DNA of 24,000 nucleotides, from NCBI RefSeq assembly GCF_901212675.1, contig NZ_CAAKOQ010000041.1, forward strand, positions 30,375 through 54,374. The letters are read 5' to 3'. This document shows, in pieces, positions 7,940-16,538 of this stretch. A model generated the notes under the pieces. The model had not been told where the DNA came from, ran no database searches, and saw only the letters and a list, made by a program, of their open reading frames with translations. How positions within the stretch are numbered: the first letter of the stretch is position 1; every line of letters starts with the position of its first letter. A program made the translations under genes and the position numbers. This DNA is from Olsenella uli. Its GTDB lineage: Bacteria > Actinomycetota > Coriobacteriia > Coriobacteriales > Atopobiaceae.

Positions 7940-9445
7940 ATGGCCACGCCCGAAGACGTGACGAGCATCGTCACCTCGAGGAAGCTCACCTACAAGCAGA
8001 AGAAGCTGCACCTGGCCCAGAGTGCCGAGAACAGCGTGAGTCCCATCAAGACCACCAAGCGCTTCGACTACTTCTTCGAGAACCACGCACTCGACGACAT
8101 GAGCGAGGGCAACGCGCCCTACCGGCCGCGCTACATCCTGCCCGACTACGAGCGCTTCGTCGAGAACGGCTCCAAGTTCCTCAAGCTCGATGCCCCCAAG
8201 GACCTCGACGACCTGCTCTGGGGCCTTGCGATGGTCTACGACAACGTGCCGTCGGTCACGAGCCGCCCGGTCTCGGTGGGTCAGCTCGACCGCATGATCG
8301 ACCCCTTCCTCGCGGGCGTCTCCGACGAGGAGGCAAAGGCCAAGCTCACGCGCTTCCTCACCTACATCGACCGCACGGTGGCCTCCGGCTACTGCCACGC
8401 CAACATCGGCCCGGAGGAGACCCGCGCCGGCAACCTGTTGCTCGAGGTCGAGGCCGAGGTCCAGAACGCCGTGCCCAACTTCACGATGAAGTACGAGGCG
8501 GGCGTGACCCCCGATGACTACGCACGCAAGGCCATCCGCTGCGCTATGAGGTGCGCCAACCCCGCGTTTGCCAACCACGCCATCCACAAGCACACCTACG
8601 AGGGCGACTACCAGGTCGTGAGCTGCTATAACGTGCTGCCCTACGGTGGCGGCGCCTATTGCCTCGACCGCCTGCTGCTGCCCGGCATGGCCAAGCTTGC
8701 GACGAGCGTCGACGACTTCATGGACAACGTCCTGCCCGAGGCGACGCTCGAGCTGTGCAACTACATCAACCAGCGCATCAGGTTCGAGGTCGAGGAGTCC
8801 GGGTTCTTCGACACGGATTGGCTCGTCACCGACGGCCTCGTGCACCGCGACCGCTTCGTGGCCATGTTCGGCCTTGCCGGCATGAGCGAGTGCGTGGCCA
8901 CCCTGCTGAACCTGCACAACGGGCGCGCCTACGGCACCGACCCCGAGGCCAACGCCCTGGCCGACCGCATCTGCGCGAAGGTCTACGACCTGGTCAACGG
9001 CTTTGACGCGGTGTACTCCGAGGCCGCGGTCGGGCGCTTCACCCTGCACGCGCAGGCCGGCTTCGGCGACCAGATGGGCGTCACACCGGGCGTGCGCATC
9101 AAGGTGGGCGACGAGCCCAAGGTCTTCTACGACCACATCCGCCAGGCCGCGAGCCTGCACAAGTACTTCAACGCCGGCGTCTCCGACATCTTCCCCGTCG
9201 AGCCCACGGCCGAGGGGAATCCCGACGCCATCCTCGACGTCATCAAGGCGGCGTTCGCCATCGGCGACAAGTACCTCTCGTTCTACTCGTCCGACTCCGA
9301 CCTGGTGCGCATCACGGGCTTCCTCGTGAAGCGCTCCGAGATCGAGAAGTACGCGCGCGGCGAGGTGGTGCTGGCCGACACGTCGCATGACGGCGAGGGC
9401 AACTGGCGGGCGAACGACCTCGGCGACCGGACGGTGCGCCTGTAG
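7940..9445 (+). CDS. yjjI: Glycyl-radical enzyme, YjjI family (DUF3029), function unknown
   Basis: 501 aa, SD AAGGAG 6 nt upstream, GC-rich third codon positions. EGNAPYRPRY block near the N-terminus. C-terminal glycyl-radical fingerprint DLVRITGFLV (Gly460 = codon 9317-9319), 41 residues from the end. Followed by a dedicated radical-SAM activase. Confidence 0.85.
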   Translation: MATPEDVTSIVTSRKLTYKQKKLHLAQSAENSVSPIKTTKRFDYFFENHALDDMSEGNAPYRPRYILPDYERFVENGSKFLKLDAPKDLDDLLWGLAMVYDNVPSVTSRPVSVGQLDRMIDPFLAGVSDEEAKAKLTRFLTYIDRTVASGYCHANIGPEETRAGNLLLEVEAEVQNAVPNFTMKYEAGVTPDDYARKAIRCAMRCANPAFANHAIHKHTYEGDYQVVSCYNVLPYGGGAYCLDRLLLPGMAKLATSVDDFMDNVLPEATLELCNYINQRIRFEVEESGFFDTDWLVTDGLVHRDRFVAMFGLAGMSECVATLLNLHNGRAYGTDPEANALADRICAKVYDLVNGFDAVYSEAAVGRFTLHAQAGFGDQMGVTPGVRIKVGDEPKVFYDHIRQAASLHKYFNAGVSDIFPVEPTAEGNPDAILDVIKAAFAIGDKYLSFYSSDSDLVRITGFLVKRSEIEKYARGEVVLADTSHDGEGNWRANDLGDRTVRL

Positions 9446-9459
9446 GTCGTCGTCAGAAG

Positions 9460-9537
9460 GGCGGGCAGGGCGTACTCCCAGCTCAGACAGCTCCGCTTGG
9501 TGCGGAGAACTCGCTGGGCCCGTACGCCCCGCCCGCC
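9460..9537 (+). promoter_or_regulatory. Large composite hairpin between yjjI and yjjW (candidate attenuator or mRNA 3'-stabiliser)
   Basis: Outer stem GGCGGGCAGGGCGTAC (9460-9475) pairs with GTACGCCCCGCCCGCC (9522-9537), 16 bp with 1 mismatch. Inner stems are CCCAGC/GCTGGG and CTCCGC-ttggt-GCGGAG. A T-rich run TTCTCTTTTTTCTTGTT (9560-9576) lies 22 nt further downstream. Confidence 0.55.
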
Positions 9538-9589
9538 TGACGCGGTTACGAGGCTGGGCTTCTCTTTTTTCTTGTTGGGAGTTCCTTGG

Positions 9590-10429
9590 ATGTCTGCGCA
9601 TGTGCCGGTGAACAATGTCATTCCGTTCTCCTTGGTGGACGGGCCGGGTGCGCGGTGCTCCATCTTCTTGCAGGGGTGCAACATCCGCTGCGCCTACTGC
9701 CATAACCCCGAGACGCAGCGGCTTTGCGTAGCTTGTGGCGAGTGCGTCCGGGCGTGTCCGGCGCACGCGCTCGCCATCGACGCCGGGGCGGTGACCTGGG
9801 ACGCGGACGCCTGCTGCGCGTGCGACACGTGCATCGGGACGTGCCGCCACCGCTCGAGCCCGCGCATCCGCCACCTCAGCGCCGAGGAACTGTATGCCGA
9901 GGTACGCGGCTTCATGCCCTTCATCCGCGGCGTCACCACTTCGGGCGGCGAGTGCATGCTCTACCCGGAGTTCCTGCGCGAGCTGTTTGCCCTTTGCAAG
10001 GGTGTGGGCCTGGGTTGCCTCATCGACTCGAACGGCACCATCGACTTCGCCCAGCACGAGGAGCTGCTCTCGCTTGCCGACGGCGTGATGCTTGACGTGA
10101 AGGCCTGGGACGACGACTGGTTCGTGCGGCTCACCGGCACCGACGGGGTGATGGTGCGCAAGAACCTCGCCCAGCTCAGCGAGGCCGGCAAGCTTGCCGA
10201 GGCGCGCGTCATCGTGACGGATGGCTGGAACGACCCGGAGGACGCCGTGCGCGGCATCGCGGCCACCGTGGGCAGTCGCGTGGGCTCCACGCGACTGCGT
10301 CTCATGCGCTTCAGGCACTTTGGCGTGCGCGGCGAGATGGCGAACGCCCCCTCGCCCACGGACGAGCGCATGGCTTCCATCGAGCGCGAGGCCCGAGGCC
10401 TTGGCTTTGGCGAGGTCGTCGTCTCGTAG
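9590..10429 (+). CDS. yjjW: Glycyl-radical enzyme activating protein, YjjW family (radical SAM)
   Basis: ORF 9497..10429 trimmed to ATG 9590; the upstream 31 codons lie inside the hairpin and T-tract. MSAHVPVNNVIPFSLVDGPGARCSIFLQGCNIRCAYCHNPE carries the CX3CX2C motif. Two ferredoxin-like clusters follow: CVACGECVRACP and CCACDTCIGTC. 279 aa. Confidence 0.88.
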   Translation: MSAHVPVNNVIPFSLVDGPGARCSIFLQGCNIRCAYCHNPETQRLCVACGECVRACPAHALAIDAGAVTWDADACCACDTCIGTCRHRSSPRIRHLSAEELYAEVRGFMPFIRGVTTSGGECMLYPEFLRELFALCKGVGLGCLIDSNGTIDFAQHEELLSLADGVMLDVKAWDDDWFVRLTGTDGVMVRKNLAQLSEAGKLAEARVIVTDGWNDPEDAVRGIAATVGSRVGSTRLRLMRFRHFGVRGEMANAPSPTDERMASIEREARGLGFGEVVVS

Positions 10430-10652
10430 CCAATGAGGCTGTTGATGGCTTGCAAGGCCTCAGGCTACGACCCGAATGGCGTTGGGCAGCCACGTGCGAG
10501 GTGCGTTGCAACGGAGTGATCGGCCGCAGGTGACAGCCGATAGCCCACGAGGCATCGTCGGGCGACCGCAAGGCGCCATCCGGAGCGAACAACCGCCAGC
10601 CCGCAGCCCGCAGCCCTCACCCCCGCAATCGCCCGCGCGTATACTGGTGTCC

Positions 10653-12362
10653 ATGAACACTCAGCCTGAAGTCGCCTGTCCCGCCGGCGCAGCCACCAGT
10701 CCCAGCCACCAGCCACACACGAGCCTCTCCAAGCTCGTCGAGCTCCTCGACGAGCGCGGCATCCTCGCGGGCGAGCGCGAGCTCGCGGCCGACACGCCCG
10801 TGACCGGCGCCGCCTGCGACTCGCGCTTCGTGCAGCCGGGCAACGTCTTCTTCTGCAAGGGACGCGCCTTCAAGCCTGCCTACCTCGCGTCCGCGCTCGA
10901 GAAGGGTGCCGTGGCCTACGTCTGCGAGCCTGCCCGCCTGAACGAGCTTGCCCAGGTGGCGCAGGGTGCACCCGCCATCGTCACGAGCGACATGCGCACC
11001 GCGATGGCCCTCGTCTCCGCCGCAGCGTTCGGCCACCCCGACCGCGCGCTTCCCCAGGTGGGCATCACGGGCACCAAGGGCAAGTCGACCTCGGCCTACA
11101 TGCTCAGATACATCATCGACGCCGCAAACGGACGCAAGACCTGCGGCGTCATCGGATCCATCGACACCTACGACGGCATCGAGGACGCCGAGTCGACCAA
11201 CACCACGCCCGAGGCCCCCGACCTCTGGCGCCACCTCGCCAACGCACGTGACGCCCGCCTCGACGCCATGGTGATGGAGATCTCGAGCCAAGCGCTCAAG
11301 TACGACCGCTCACTGGGCGTCGAGCTCGACGTCGCCGCCTTCCTGAACATCGGCACCGACCACATCTCGCCCGTCGAGCACCCCACGTTCGAGGATTACT
11401 TCGCAAGCAAGCTCAAGATCTTCCGCCAGGGTCGCGCCGCCGTGGTGAACCTCGGCAGCTCCCACATCGAGCGCATCCTGAGCTCGGCGCAGGGCGAGAA
11501 CTTCGAGGGCAAGGTGCCCACGCTCGTGGCCGTCTCCGCGCAGGGCCCCGACCCGGTCGAGTGCGGCAGCTGCGACATGGCCTTCCCCGACATCTGGGCC
11601 ACCGACGTGCGCCCCGAGGGGTCGCGCCTCACGTTCGTGGCACATGGCTCGGTAGGCTCTGCCAACGGCTCAAGCACCAAGGTTGCCGCCACGACCGACG
11701 AGGCCTGGCAGCTCCCGGTCACCATCAACTTCCCGGGGCTCTTCAACGTGGAGAACGCGCTCGTGGCCATCGCCTGCGCCAAGCTCCTCGGCATCTCGAA
11801 CGAGCATGTCGCCGCAGGTCTGGCGGCCTGCCGCGTGCCCGGCCGCATGGAGCTCGTGGGCAGTCCCGACGACCAGGTGGCCTGTGTGGTGGACTATGCC
11901 CACAACACCCTCTCCTACCAGAGCTTCTTTGCCTCGATGGCCAAGGAGTTCCCGGGCAGGCGCATCGTGGCGCTCATCGGTGCCCCGGGCGGCAAGGCCT
12001 ACGAGCGGCGCGTGGAGCTCCCGCGCGAGGCGGCGCGGTGGGCCAGCCACATCGTGGCCACCGAGGAGGACCCGGCCCACGACTCCAACGAGGACGTCTG
12101 CCGTGAGATGGACGACAACGTTCCCGCAGGCGCCACGCTTGCCGACGGCACGCCCGTGACGCACGAGTACGTGCTCGACCGCCAAAAGGCCGTGGCCCGC
12201 TGCCTCGACGTGGCGCTCTCCTACGGCCAGCCCGCCCTTGTGTGCCTGCTCGGCAAGGGCGACGAGACCCTCATCCACCGAGGCGACCGCTTCGAGCCCA
12301 TGATTCCCGACGCCGAGGCCTTCCGCCAGGCAGCCGCCGCACGCGGGCTCAGGCTCAGCTAG
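10653..12362 (+). CDS. murE: Mur ligase family protein, MurE-like (UDP-MurNAc-L-Ala-D-Glu : diamino-acid ligase, probably Lys/Orn-type)
   Basis: ORF 10476..12362 trimmed to ATG 10653. Contains TGAACDSRFVQPGNVFFCKGRAFKPAYLASALEKGAVAYV, P-loop GITGTKGKSTSAY and NVENALVAIA. The position equivalent to the DAP-specifying DNPR motif reads EDPA. TATACT lies 7 nt upstream of the ATG. Confidence 0.75.
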   Translation: MNTQPEVACPAGAATSPSHQPHTSLSKLVELLDERGILAGERELAADTPVTGAACDSRFVQPGNVFFCKGRAFKPAYLASALEKGAVAYVCEPARLNELAQVAQGAPAIVTSDMRTAMALVSAAAFGHPDRALPQVGITGTKGKSTSAYMLRYIIDAANGRKTCGVIGSIDTYDGIEDAESTNTTPEAPDLWRHLANARDARLDAMVMEISSQALKYDRSLGVELDVAAFLNIGTDHISPVEHPTFEDYFASKLKIFRQGRAAVVNLGSSHIERILSSAQGENFEGKVPTLVAVSAQGPDPVECGSCDMAFPDIWATDVRPEGSRLTFVAHGSVGSANGSSTKVAATTDEAWQLPVTINFPGLFNVENALVAIACAKLLGISNEHVAAGLAACRVPGRMELVGSPDDQVACVVDYAHNTLSYQSFFASMAKEFPGRRIVALIGAPGGKAYERRVELPREAARWASHIVATEEDPAHDSNEDVCREMDDNVPAGATLADGTPVTHEYVLDRQKAVARCLDVALSYGQPALVCLLGKGDETLIHRGDRFEPMIPDAEAFRQAAAARGLRLS

Positions 12363-12434
12363 CCCCCAGCTCGTACCCACGCGGCCGCCGGGCGGGCGGC
12401 CGCAGCCATGTCAGCCCGCGCCCAAGGAGGCCCC

Positions 12435-13352
12435 ATGCCCACCAGCCACCCCACGTTCCCGACGCGTCCAACCGGCGAGCTTGCGGAGCGCCTGCGCAAG
12501 GTGCGCTACGTCATCACCGACGCCGACGGCACCATGTTCACCGGCGCCAAGGCGACGGTGAACACCGCCGGCGAGCCGTCGGCCGAGCTCGTCGAGACGC
12601 TCGTGGAGCTCACGAAGGCGGGCGTGGGCGTCATCCCTTGCACCGGGCGCAACCGCGCCATGATCCAGGAGGACGCGCGCGTGCTGGGCTTTCCCGGCTG
12701 GATCGCCGAGATGGGCGGCGTGCTCTGCACCCGCCAGTCGAGCAACCCTGAGTGGCACTACTTCACGGGCACGATGCCCTACGACGAGGCGAGCGGCAAG
12801 ACCCCGCATGATGTCATCTGCGAGACGGGCGTCATCGACGAGGTGCTCGCGCGCTGGCCGGGACACCTCGAGACCTACCACGATAACGGCATCGGCTTCG
12901 AGTATCGCGAGGTCACGGTGGCGCTGCGCGGCGACGCCCCCGAGGACGACATCCAGGACATGCTCGACCACTCGGGCCTGCCGCTTTATCTTTCGGACAA
13001 CGGCATGGTCAACCACATCTCGGGCGCGAGCGAACTCGTCTGCGACCACGCGCACCCCGAGGGCATCCACACCTACCACATAACGCCCGCCGGCGTGAGC
13101 AAGGGCTCGGGCATCCTGCGCTTCATCGAGCTTGCCGGCCTCGAGCCCGACGAAGTGCTTGGCGCCGGGGACTCCCCCGCCGACTGCGTGATTGCCGACG
13201 CCGTGGGCACGTTCCTGTTCATGTGCAACGGCCTTGGGCACGAACGCGCCAAGGAGGAGCTGGCCGCCCGCGACAACATCCTCATCTCCACCAAGCGCGC
13301 GACCGACGGCTGGGTGGCCGCCATGCGGGGGCTACTCGCGGCGAAGGAGTAG
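12435..13352 (+). CDS. HAD-superfamily hydrolase (Cof/HAD-IIB-like phosphatase)
   Basis: Second ATG chosen because of the strong SD AAGGAGG 4 nt upstream. Motif I ITDADGT, motif II CTGR, motif IV GAGDSPAD. Substrate unknown. Confidence 0.75.
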   Translation: MPTSHPTFPTRPTGELAERLRKVRYVITDADGTMFTGAKATVNTAGEPSAELVETLVELTKAGVGVIPCTGRNRAMIQEDARVLGFPGWIAEMGGVLCTRQSSNPEWHYFTGTMPYDEASGKTPHDVICETGVIDEVLARWPGHLETYHDNGIGFEYREVTVALRGDAPEDDIQDMLDHSGLPLYLSDNGMVNHISGASELVCDHAHPEGIHTYHITPAGVSKGSGILRFIELAGLEPDEVLGAGDSPADCVIADAVGTFLFMCNGLGHERAKEELAARDNILISTKRATDGWVAAMRGLLAAKE

Positions 13353-13403
13353 CTGAAGGTCCGGCGCCCGGCCTCCGCGGTCTTCAAGGACGTGCGCCCT
13401 CGC

Positions 13404-13838
13404 CTACAGTTTGATGGGAATCCACTGTTCGTGGTCGCAGATCCAGGCCTCGGTCTCCTCGACCTTGGGGAAGGCGAGGGTCGGGTCGTCGGGCCCGTCG
13501 TAGTGCTCGCCCAGGCCCTCGAGGTGCTCGAAGCCGGCGCGCCGCACCTCGTCGCTCACGGGCGCGCGAAGGTCCACGCGACCGCGCAGCACGAGCCAAC
13601 CATGGCCCGGCCACCACGACGTGGCCTCGAACCAGGGGTTCTCCTCGAGCTCGTCCCACACGTCCTTGGTCGTCGCGGTGCAGAGCCTGAGCGCCCCGTC
13701 CTCGATCGCCGCGTACGAGAAGGGCCGCACGTGCGGCCGGTGGTCCACGCTCGTGGCGAGGTACCAGGCGCGCACCGACGTGAGGTAGCGGAGCACGAGC
13801 TCGAGGCCCTCTTCCTGGGGATGATTCGTCGCTGGCAT
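13404..13838 (-). CDS. Pyridoxamine-5'-phosphate-oxidase-like FMN-binding split-barrel protein
   Basis: ORF 13404..14159 trimmed to ATG 13838 (SD GGAGG). The 144-aa product MPATNHPQEEGLELVLRYLTSVRAWYLATSVDHRPHVRPFSYAAIEDGALRLCTATTKDVWDELEENPW... follows the pattern of small PNPOx-family flavoproteins. Lies 52 bp downstream of ecfT. Confidence 0.7.
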   Translation of the reverse strand: MPATNHPQEEGLELVLRYLTSVRAWYLATSVDHRPHVRPFSYAAIEDGALRLCTATTKDVWDELEENPWFEATSWWPGHGWLVLRGRVDLRAPVSDEVRRAGFEHLEGLGEHYDGPDDPTLAFPKVEETEAWICDHEQWIPIKL

Positions 13839-13890
13839 GCCAGCCTCCATCTCTGTCGAAGTCGAACGGGCGGCACCGAGCGCGCCAACG

Positions 13891-14694
13891 CTACCCGGCC
13901 AGTACGTTTGCCGCCACCACGGCCGCGAGCAGCACCACCATGACGGCGCAGCCCACGGCGTCGCGACGCGCAAGGCGCAGCGGATGCAGCTTGGTGCGTC
14001 CCTGCTCGCCATGGTAGCAGCGGGCGTCCATCGCGGCCGCCAGCGTCTCCGCGTGGCGGAACACGCTCGCGAACATCGGCACCGCCACCGACGAGAGCGC
14101 CCGCACGCCGCGCAGCGGGCTGCCCGAGAGCCGCGCGCCGCGCGAGAGCTGCGCCGCATACGTCGCGCGCATCTCCCCCGCGAGCTGGGGCATGAACCTG
14201 AGTGCGATGCCCAGCATCATGCCAAGCTCGTGCGCCGGCACGCCCACGCGCGCAAGCGGGGCAAGCAGGTGCTCGAAGGCAGTCGTGAGGTCGAGCGCGG
14301 TGGTCGTGAGGGTTACGAGCGACATGCCCGCCATCATCGCCGTGAGGCGCACGACCGTGGAGAGGCACGAGCGCAGGCTGCCCTCGCTTATCTGGAAGAC
14401 GCCCCACGACCACAGCGTCTCGCCGGCCTGGTCGGTGAACAGCCTGAGCACGCACACGAGCACAACGATGGGAAGCATGGGCGCAAGCGATCGCAGCGCA
14501 CGGCCGGCCGGTATGCCCGCCACGCGGTACAGCGCGACGACAAAGAGCGCGAGCACGGCAAGCGCCACCGGTGCCTGCCCCACGAGCGACACGATGAGGA
14601 AGCAGAGTCCAAGCGCGAGCTTGGCGCGCGGGTCCATCCGATGCAGTGGGCTGTCGCCAGGCCAGTAGCTGCCAAAGGAGAAGGCGTCCGTCAT
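13891..14694 (-). CDS. ecfT: Energy-coupling-factor transporter transmembrane component EcfT
   Basis: 267 aa and hydrophobic. MDPRAKL near the N-terminus and an ARG-type coupling helix region (AAQLSRGARL) are typical of the EcfT/CbiQ family. The start overlaps the ATPase stop by 4 nt. Confidence 0.85.
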   Translation of the reverse strand: MTDAFSFGSYWPGDSPLHRMDPRAKLALGLCFLIVSLVGQAPVALAVLALFVVALYRVAGIPAGRALRSLAPMLPIVVLVCVLRLFTDQAGETLWSWGVFQISEGSLRSCLSTVVRLTAMMAGMSLVTLTTTALDLTTAFEHLLAPLARVGVPAHELGMMLGIALRFMPQLAGEMRATYAAQLSRGARLSGSPLRGVRALSSVAVPMFASVFRHAETLAAAMDARCYHGEQGRTKLHPLRLARRDAVGCAVMVVLLAAVVAANVLAG

Positions 14695-16538
14695 GCAACC
14701 TCCCCCAGCATCGGAGCGAGCGCCCTGGCAAGCGAGGCCACCGAATAGAGGCGCCCCTCGGCAAGGGGCACGCCCCGGGCGCGCAGGGCCTCCGCCATTC
14801 GCTGGGCACTTGGCACACCAAGACCAATGCGCTGCAGGTCAGAACCTTTAAGGAAGACCTCATTGGGCGTTCCCTCGAGCGCGACGGAGCCCTCGTTCAT
14901 GATGACGAGGCGCGAGCAGAGGCTCGCAAGGTCGTCCATGTCGTGCGACACCATCACCACGGTGAGGCCCTCCTCGTGCAGCCGCGCGATGAGCGAGAGG
15001 AACGAGCGCCTCGACGCCGGATCGAGGCCGGCCGCCGGCTCGTCGAGCACGAGCACCTCGGGCTCCATCGCGAGCACGCCGGCAAACGCGACCCGGCGCT
15101 GCTGGCCGCCCGAGAGGTCGAACGGACTCTTCTCGCGCACAATGGCCGGGTCGAGCCCAACCTGGCGAAGCGAGCGCTCGGCGCGCCGGGCCACCTCCGC
15201 CTCGTCGCAGCCGAGGTTCCGCGGGCCAAACGCGACGTCGTCGAAGACGGTCTGCGCAAAGAGCTGGCGCTCGGGGTACTGGAAGACCACGCCGACACGC
15301 GCGACCACGTCCGCCGAGGCGCCCTTGCGAGCAAGGTCCTCGCCAAACGCGCACACCGTACCCCGCGTGGGATGCGCGAGACCGTTCATCTGCTGCACGA
15401 GCGTCGACTTGCCCGACCCCGTGTGCCCCGCGATGCCGAGGAACTCGCCGCGGCGCACCTCGAGGCTCACGTCGCTCAGCGCCCAGACGGCGTCCGGGTC
15501 GTTGCCCCAGGCTGCCCTGCCCCGCCGCGAGAGGCGGCCGTGCAGGAGGCGCCCGTGCTCCTTGGGAGGCTTGTAGCTGAACCAGACGTGGTCGAAGCTG
15601 ATGAGCGCGGAGGATGGGTCAGCTGGGCCAGCCGTGGAACCTGCAGACTCCCCGCCAGCGGCGATATCATGCCCAGCAGCGACGATGCCACTCCGGGCAG
15701 CCCTCGTCGCGAGCTGCTCCACGAGCTCGTCCTCGCGCACGCGGGGCTCCACGCCGCGCACGCCCTCCTCGCGCAGCGCAAGCGCGAGACGACATGCCGG
15801 CGGCACCTCGAGCCCCAGCTCGTCGAGCTCGTCTGCGCGGGTCAGGACCTCCTGCGGGGTCCCCTCCATGCGAATGCGGCCAGCGTCGAGCACGACGACG
15901 TAGTCGGCCTCGGCCGCCTCGGCCATGATGTGGGTCACCATAACGACGGTCATGCCCCGCCCGTTGAGCTCCCGGACGACCTTCATGAGGCCGTCGCGCC
16001 CGCGCGGGTCGAGCATGGCCGACGCCTCGTCCAGCACGAGCACCTCGGGGTCCATCGCAAGCGCCCCCGCAATGGCGACGCGCTGCTTCTGGCCACCGGA
16101 GAGCGCGTTGGTCTCGTGCCGCTCGAAACCCGTGAGCCCCACCTGCACGAGCGAGCGCCGCACGCGGGCGCCCAGTTCCTCCGTCGGCACGCCCAGGTTC
16201 TCGGGGCCAAACGCCACGTCGTCCTCGACGAGCGTGGCCACGAGCTGGTCGTCCGGGTTCTGGAACACCATGCCCACGCGCGAGCGCACGTCGTAGACGT
16301 ACTCGGGATCCGACGTGTCGAGGCCGTCGACCGCAACGCTGCCCGAGTCGGGGACCAGAAGCGCGTCGAGGTGCTTCGCGAGCGTGGACTTGCCCGAGCC
16401 GTTACCGCCAAGCACGCACGTGAGGCTGCCGCGAGGAACGGAGAGGCTCACGCCGTCGAGCGCGAGCCTCTGCCGGTCGTACGTGAACGTGACGTCCCCG
16501 CAGGAGATGATGGTCTTGGGACCTGGCGCCACTCGCAT
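14691..16538 (-). CDS. ecfA: Fused ECF transporter ATPase EcfA-EcfA' (two NBDs in one 615-aa polypeptide)
   Basis: ORF 14691..17084 trimmed to ATG 16538, which overlaps the ribU stop (TAATG). Two full ABC cassettes are present: GGNGSGKST...LSGGQKQRVAIAGALA...LVLDE, then GHTGSGKST...LSGGQQRRVAFAGVLA...LVLDE. Confidence 0.88.
   Translation of the reverse strand: MRVAPGPKTIISCGDVTFTYDRQRLALDGVSLSVPRGSLTCVLGGNGSGKSTLAKHLDALLVPDSGSVAVDGLDTSDPEYVYDVRSRVGMVFQNPDDQLVATLVEDDVAFGPENLGVPTEELGARVRRSLVQVGLTGFERHETNALSGGQKQRVAIAGALAMDPEVLVLDEASAMLDPRGRDGLMKVVRELNGRGMTVVMVTHIMAEAAEADYVVVLDAGRIRMEGTPQEVLTRADELDELGLEVPPACRLALALREEGVRGVEPRVREDELVEQLATRAARSGIVAAGHDIAAGGESAGSTAGPADPSSALISFDHVWFSYKPPKEHGRLLHGRLSRRGRAAWGNDPDAVWALSDVSLEVRRGEFLGIAGHTGSGKSTLVQQMNGLAHPTRGTVCAFGEDLARKGASADVVARVGVVFQYPERQLFAQTVFDDVAFGPRNLGCDEAEVARRAERSLRQVGLDPAIVREKSPFDLSGGQQRRVAFAGVLAMEPEVLVLDEPAAGLDPASRRSFLSLIARLHEEGLTVVMVSHDMDDLASLCSRLVIMNEGSVALEGTPNEVFLKGSDLQRIGLGVPSAQRMAEALRARGVPLAEGRLYSVASLARALAPMLGEVA

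Noticed and set aside
7745-10318. 857-aa minus-strand ORF covering yjjI and yjjW
   Set aside because: It is antisense to two genes with clear family motifs and good SDs. The product is Arg/Ala/Gly/Val/His-rich with no domain signatures.
13353-13403. Expected bidirectional terminator between the convergent HAD and PNPOx-like genes
   Set aside because: Only short self-complementary GC runs are present (CCGG, GGCGCC), with no clear stem plus U-tract on either strand. The evidence is not sufficient for a call.
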